Below, one piece after another: positions 57,353 to 64,000 of a stretch of 64,000 nucleotides of DNA. The translations under genes and the position numbers were made by a program. The stretch's first letter is position 1. Each line of letters starts with the position of its first letter. The stretch comes from an uncultured Gammaproteobacteria bacterium (lineage in GTDB: Bacteria; Patescibacteriota; Patescibacteriia; Magasanikbacterales; UBA922): the NCBI GenBank assembly GCA_964447765.1, contig CAYUTO010000004.1, forward strand, positions 93,790 to 157,789, read 5' to 3'. The notes under the pieces are model-generated. The model searched no databases. It was not told the DNA's origin and worked only from the letters and a program-made list of their open reading frames with translations.

Positions 57353-58159
57353 ATGCTCGAACTACTCTCATACCCCTTCATGCAACGCGCGCTCATATCT
57401 GGAATCATGATTTCCTTGGTATTAGGTTGGATAGGAACATTCCTTGTATCCAGAAAAATGAGTTTTATTGGAGATGGAATTGCGCACGCTTCTCTTGGAG
57501 GAATTGCACTCGCAATCATATTAGGGATCGCCCCACTGCCTACTGCACTCGTATTTGGTGTTATTCTCGCCATTATCCTTTTTTTCATCGAACGAAAAAC
57601 AGATCTAAGCCAAGATACTACTATCGGGCTCCTCTTCACAACTTCAATGGCAGTGGGCATTATCCTGATGCATTTTCACGAAGGATACCAGCCTGAGCTC
57701 ATGAGCTACTTATTTGGGAATATCCTCGCGATCAATACCACCGATCTCTGGACCATCGGCGGGGTAGGTGTCGCCGTACTCTTACTTCTCTCAATATTCA
57801 ATCGCCAAATGACTTTTATCACCTTCGACAAAGACGGAGCATACCTCTCGGGAATCTCCCCTGCTCGATATGACCTCATCTTCTATATCATGACGACACT
57901 TGCAATTATCGCGAGTGTAAAACTTGTAGGTATTATTCTCGTCAGCGCACTTATTATTACCCCAAGTGCTGCTGCAAAATTAATCGCACGATCATTCTCA
58001 TCATTCCAAAAAATCGCAATGATAATTGCACTCACCATGACGATCGCAGGACTCGTATTATCATACTATCTCGATCTACCCTCTGGCGCATTGATTATTC
58101 TCGTAGGCTCAGCCATCTTTATAATACTCAGCCTATTTTTTAAACAAAAAAAGAGTTGA
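57353..58159 (+). CDS. znuB: Zinc/manganese ABC transporter permease (ABC-3 family)
   Basis: 8-TM ABC-3 permease pattern. Confidence 0.8.
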   Translation: MLELLSYPFMQRALISGIMISLVLGWIGTFLVSRKMSFIGDGIAHASLGGIALAIILGIAPLPTALVFGVILAIILFFIERKTDLSQDTTIGLLFTTSMAVGIILMHFHEGYQPELMSYLFGNILAINTTDLWTIGGVGVAVLLLLSIFNRQMTFITFDKDGAYLSGISPARYDLIFYIMTTLAIIASVKLVGIILVSALIITPSAAAKLIARSFSSFQKIAMIIALTMTIAGLVLSYYLDLPSGALIILVGSAIFIILSLFFKQKKS

Positions 58160-58201
58160 AATTTCTTTTAACTTTTGCATTTTACGTTTTTACTTTGAAA
58201 T

Positions 58202-58984
58202 ATGTTCATCAATAACCTCAACCCCGTATTCGTTGAATTCGGACCATTCGCCATTCGTTGGTATGGACTTATGCTCGGGATTGGAGTCCTTGCATGTCTT
58301 ACAACCTACTACTGGCTTGCCAAAAATGACAAAGAAAAACTAAACACTCTCTACGACCTATCCGTCTGGCTAATTATCGGAGGGCTTATCGGCGCACGTC
58401 TCGGACACATCCTATTTTACAATTTACCCTATTTTTTGGCTCATCCTAGCGAAATAATCTTTATTAATCACGGAGGACTCTCGAGCCATGGACTCACCAT
58501 TGGATTACTTCTTACTGCCTGGATCTATCAAAAGGTAAAAAAAATAGACCTACAAAATTATCTCGACCTCATGGTCGTACCCATTCCCTTTCTCGCTGGA
58601 TGTATCAGAATGGGGAATTTTTTTAACTCAGAAATAATTGGAAAAGCAACCGATGTTCCCTGGGGTGTATATTTTGCTCAAGTCGATGCTGCAGTAATCA
58701 TGCGTCATCCACAGCAACTGTACGAAGCATTTACCTGCTTTATTATTTTTGGAATCACCTTGTTTGTCTATAAAAAAATCCAACCAAACCAGCCGCGTCT
58801 TTTGACCTTCTACTTTTTCCTTTTAACTTATTTTACTACACGCTTCCTACTCGAATTCACCAAAGAACCTCACAACCTCGAAGGTTTTTTCCTCACCACC
58901 GGACAGATGCTCAGTGTTCCGTTTATTGTATGGAGTGGATGGTGGTTGTTAAAAAAAATAAAAAATAATAATATTAAAGTATGA
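58202..58984 (+). CDS. lgt: Prolipoprotein diacylglyceryl transferase
   Basis: Lgt signature region GPFAIRWYGLMLGIGVL...GGLIGARLGH. Confidence 0.85.
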   Translation: MFINNLNPVFVEFGPFAIRWYGLMLGIGVLACLTTYYWLAKNDKEKLNTLYDLSVWLIIGGLIGARLGHILFYNLPYFLAHPSEIIFINHGGLSSHGLTIGLLLTAWIYQKVKKIDLQNYLDLMVVPIPFLAGCIRMGNFFNSEIIGKATDVPWGVYFAQVDAAVIMRHPQQLYEAFTCFIIFGITLFVYKKIQPNQPRLLTFYFFLLTYFTTRFLLEFTKEPHNLEGFFLTTGQMLSVPFIVWSGWWLLKKIKNNNIKV

Positions 58985-59190
58985 ACAAATTAAAAGAAAA
59001 CCTATGGGGTTTAGTAGTAATTATTGGGGTAATTGTTACTGGCTACAGCCTATTAAGCAAAAGATTGGTTAACTATGATTGTACTACAGGAAGTAGAGGT
59101 ATGTGCTGGTACTCTGAATGGTACATTTACTTATGGGCAGTAGGCTTTGCGTTGATTATGATTGGCTTTTACCTGAGTCACAAAAAATAA
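58981..59190 (+). CDS. Small 2-TM membrane protein
   Basis: 69-aa hydrophobic ORF overlapping the lgt stop. Confidence 0.4.
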   Translation: MNKLKENLWGLVVIIGVIVTGYSLLSKRLVNYDCTTGSRGMCWYSEWYIYLWAVGFALIMIGFYLSHKK

Positions 59191-59196
59191 ACCACT

Positions 59197-59610
59197 ATGG
59201 AAAATAGACCAAAAGTGGGTGTTGGAGTAATTGTGATTAAAGAAAACAAAGTGCTTTGTGCCAAAAGAAAAAATGCCCATGGTGAAGGTACGTGGCAATT
59301 CCCAGGCGGTCATCTAGAATTCAAAGAATCTTGGGAAGATTGTGCGCGACGGGAAGTAATGGAAGAAACTGGAATATCTATAAAAAATATTAGATTTGGT
59401 ACCGTAAGCAATGATATATTCGAGGGAGAGAATAAACACTACATTACCCTGATTATGATTGCAGACCATAATACAGGAGAACCACAAATTTTAGAGCCTG
59501 AAAAATGCGCGGGTTGGAAATGGTTCAAATGGGAAGAGTTACCAGAACCTCTTTTTCTTCCAATAGTAAATATAGTTAAAGCGGGCTTTAATCCTTTTGA
59601 TGTAAATTAG
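59197..59610 (+). CDS. NUDIX hydrolase
   Basis: Nudix box GGHLEFKESWEDCARREVMEETG. Confidence 0.75.
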   Translation: MENRPKVGVGVIVIKENKVLCAKRKNAHGEGTWQFPGGHLEFKESWEDCARREVMEETGISIKNIRFGTVSNDIFEGENKHYITLIMIADHNTGEPQILEPEKCAGWKWFKWEELPEPLFLPIVNIVKAGFNPFDVN

Positions 59611-59639
59611 TAAATAAAAAAATTTAAAATTACAAAAAA

Positions 59640-60209
59640 ATGAAAATAACCGAATTTATTAAAAAAACATTAATTGAAGATATAGAAAAAATACAACAAG
59701 TACACGGGTATGCTTATATTTCTTTTAGTCTTATCAGCCAAGGCATCGAATTATTAGGAAGTCTCATAGACAGTTACGACTTTACTGAACCCAATAAAAG
59801 CAAAAAAAGATTTAATAACGCTCTAAAAGAATTTTTTCCTGAAAAATATAAAGACAAAAATCTTTATGATAACTTAAGGTGTGGTCTTCTACATATTTTT
59901 TTACCACAAAAAGATTTGGTACTTAGCGAACAAAAAGAAACTATTCTTAAGAATCAAAAAAACTTAAAAAAATATAAACAGAAGGAAACGGGGCAAGAAG
60001 TTACGCTGATAATTGCCGAAGATTTTTTCAATGATTTTAAATACGCTTGTAATACTGTAATCGCTTTAATTGAATCTGAAGAGATTTTTGACAAATATAG
60101 TGATTTAAACAAAGCGTCAGAAAATAAAAAAAATATTCTGCTTTTAAAGCATGAAATCTTAAATACAGAAATAAAATTAACAAAAATTTCAAAAAAGAAT
60201 ATTAATTAG
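59640..60209 (+). CDS. Hypothetical Lys-rich protein, extremely AT-rich coding sequence
   Basis: 189-aa ORF with noticeably lower GC than its neighbours; no recognisable domain. Confidence 0.4.
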   Translation: MKITEFIKKTLIEDIEKIQQVHGYAYISFSLISQGIELLGSLIDSYDFTEPNKSKKRFNNALKEFFPEKYKDKNLYDNLRCGLLHIFLPQKDLVLSEQKETILKNQKNLKKYKQKETGQEVTLIIAEDFFNDFKYACNTVIALIESEEIFDKYSDLNKASENKKNILLLKHEILNTEIKLTKISKKNIN

Positions 60210-60584
60210 TTTAGCATCATCCGATAATCTATCGCCATATTTATTCTTGACTTCATTGCCACGAGCAAAAAATAAATAAAAAACTAATACTAAATTAGCA
60301 ATTGGAATAAACAATCCTAAAGAAACCCAACCAGATTGATTTAAATCATGTAATCTGCGAATAACAAGGGAGAGGAAAATAAAAAAATAAACAATGGCTG
60401 GAATAATAATTATATTTTCAATTGTACCTTCAGAAAAAGAGGTATATTTTTTTAAAAGAAAATCAAGTAAAAAAAACAAAAGTGATCCTAATATTAAAAT
60501 CACAAAACCTTTCAAATATTGTTTTCGAGTAACTCTCCCTCTAAAAGAGTTCTGACTTACTTTTCCATCTTCAATTTCCTGCAT
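60189..60584 (-). CDS. DUF805 family membrane protein
   Basis: RRLHDLNQSGW motif and 3-TM layout typical of DUF805. Confidence 0.65.
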   Translation of the reverse strand: MQEIEDGKVSQNSFRGRVTRKQYLKGFVILILGSLLFFLLDFLLKKYTSFSEGTIENIIIIPAIVYFFIFLSLVIRRLHDLNQSGWVSLGLFIPIANLVLVFYLFFARGNEVKNKYGDRLSDDAKLINILF

Positions 60585-60688
60585 ATTTAATATTAAAATA
60601 TCACAGCATCATCTTAACACTAAGTTTAAATAAATACAAAAAGCCACTTTTTAAGAGGCTTTTTTGACAAACAAAAAACTGAGTACAG

Positions 60689-60805
60689 AATCTAGGCGCC
60701 GACCTACTCTCGCCTTGCGACTACCATTGGCGCTGAAGGGCTTAACTGCCGTGTTCGGGATGGGAACGGGTGGACCCCCTTCGCAAAAAGCACCTAGATT
60801 CTATA
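60689..60805 (-). rRNA. rrf: 5S ribosomal RNA
   Basis: Reverse complement reads ...gtccacccgttcccatcccgaacacggcagttaagccc...ggtagtcgcaaggcgagagtaggtcggcgcc with pairing 5'/3' ends. Confidence 0.75.
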
Positions 60806-60874
60806 CTCAGTTATAATTTTGAAGTAATAAACACAATAATTGCAGTAGCATTCTTCGAAACACAACTCTGTGTT

Positions 60875-64000
<3,126 letters not shown>

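Overview
This window is a gene-dense, low-GC chromosome segment, mostly on the minus strand, that looks like a reduced-genome Gram-positive-like bacterium and is probably a CPR/Patescibacteria-type organism. The basis for that call is a 23S-5S rRNA unit at the 3' end with a roughly 350-nt insertion in the 23S gene, many small membrane proteins, and a class-I (archaeal-type) aldolase. Housekeeping genes that are clearly recognisable include yidC, nusA, tdk, trpS, RNase J, uvrA, secG, rplS, gmk, glmS, kbl-tdh, lgt, a znuA/zur/znuC/znuB zinc locus, two pseudouridine synthases, and three tRNAs (Asn-GUU, Leu-CAG and an unusual Ile-UAU). The most interesting region is a three-gene, overlapping minus-strand operon. 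It encodes a free-standing reverse transcriptase (all RT motifs present; not inside a group II intron), a 6-TM membrane protein with a degenerate ABC-type ATPase domain, and a PLD-family protein. Upstream of the RT is a 320-nt structured non-coding region. Immediately adjacent is a strongly GC-rich purine nucleoside phosphorylase gene with actinobacterial-like codon usage and a GC-rich terminator, pointing to horizontal acquisition. A second GC-rich foreign island lies at about 52.9-53.5 kb; it has a perfect sigma70 promoter, a structured leader that sequesters the ribosome-binding site, and a gene for an unknown lysine-rich protein. Other notable items are a split citryl-CoA synthetase / citryl-CoA lyase (ancestral ATP-citrate lyase) gene set, a DsbA gene coupled to a Cys-rich surface protein carrying a VirB2/TrbC-like hairpin, a tiny repeat-containing histone-like basic protein, a shared palindromic terminator element used at three sites, and several small ORFs with their own terminators. 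Start coordinates are approximate because the ORF track extends many ORFs upstream through TTG/GTG codons; the starts given here use internal ATGs with plausible ribosome-binding sites where I could see them.
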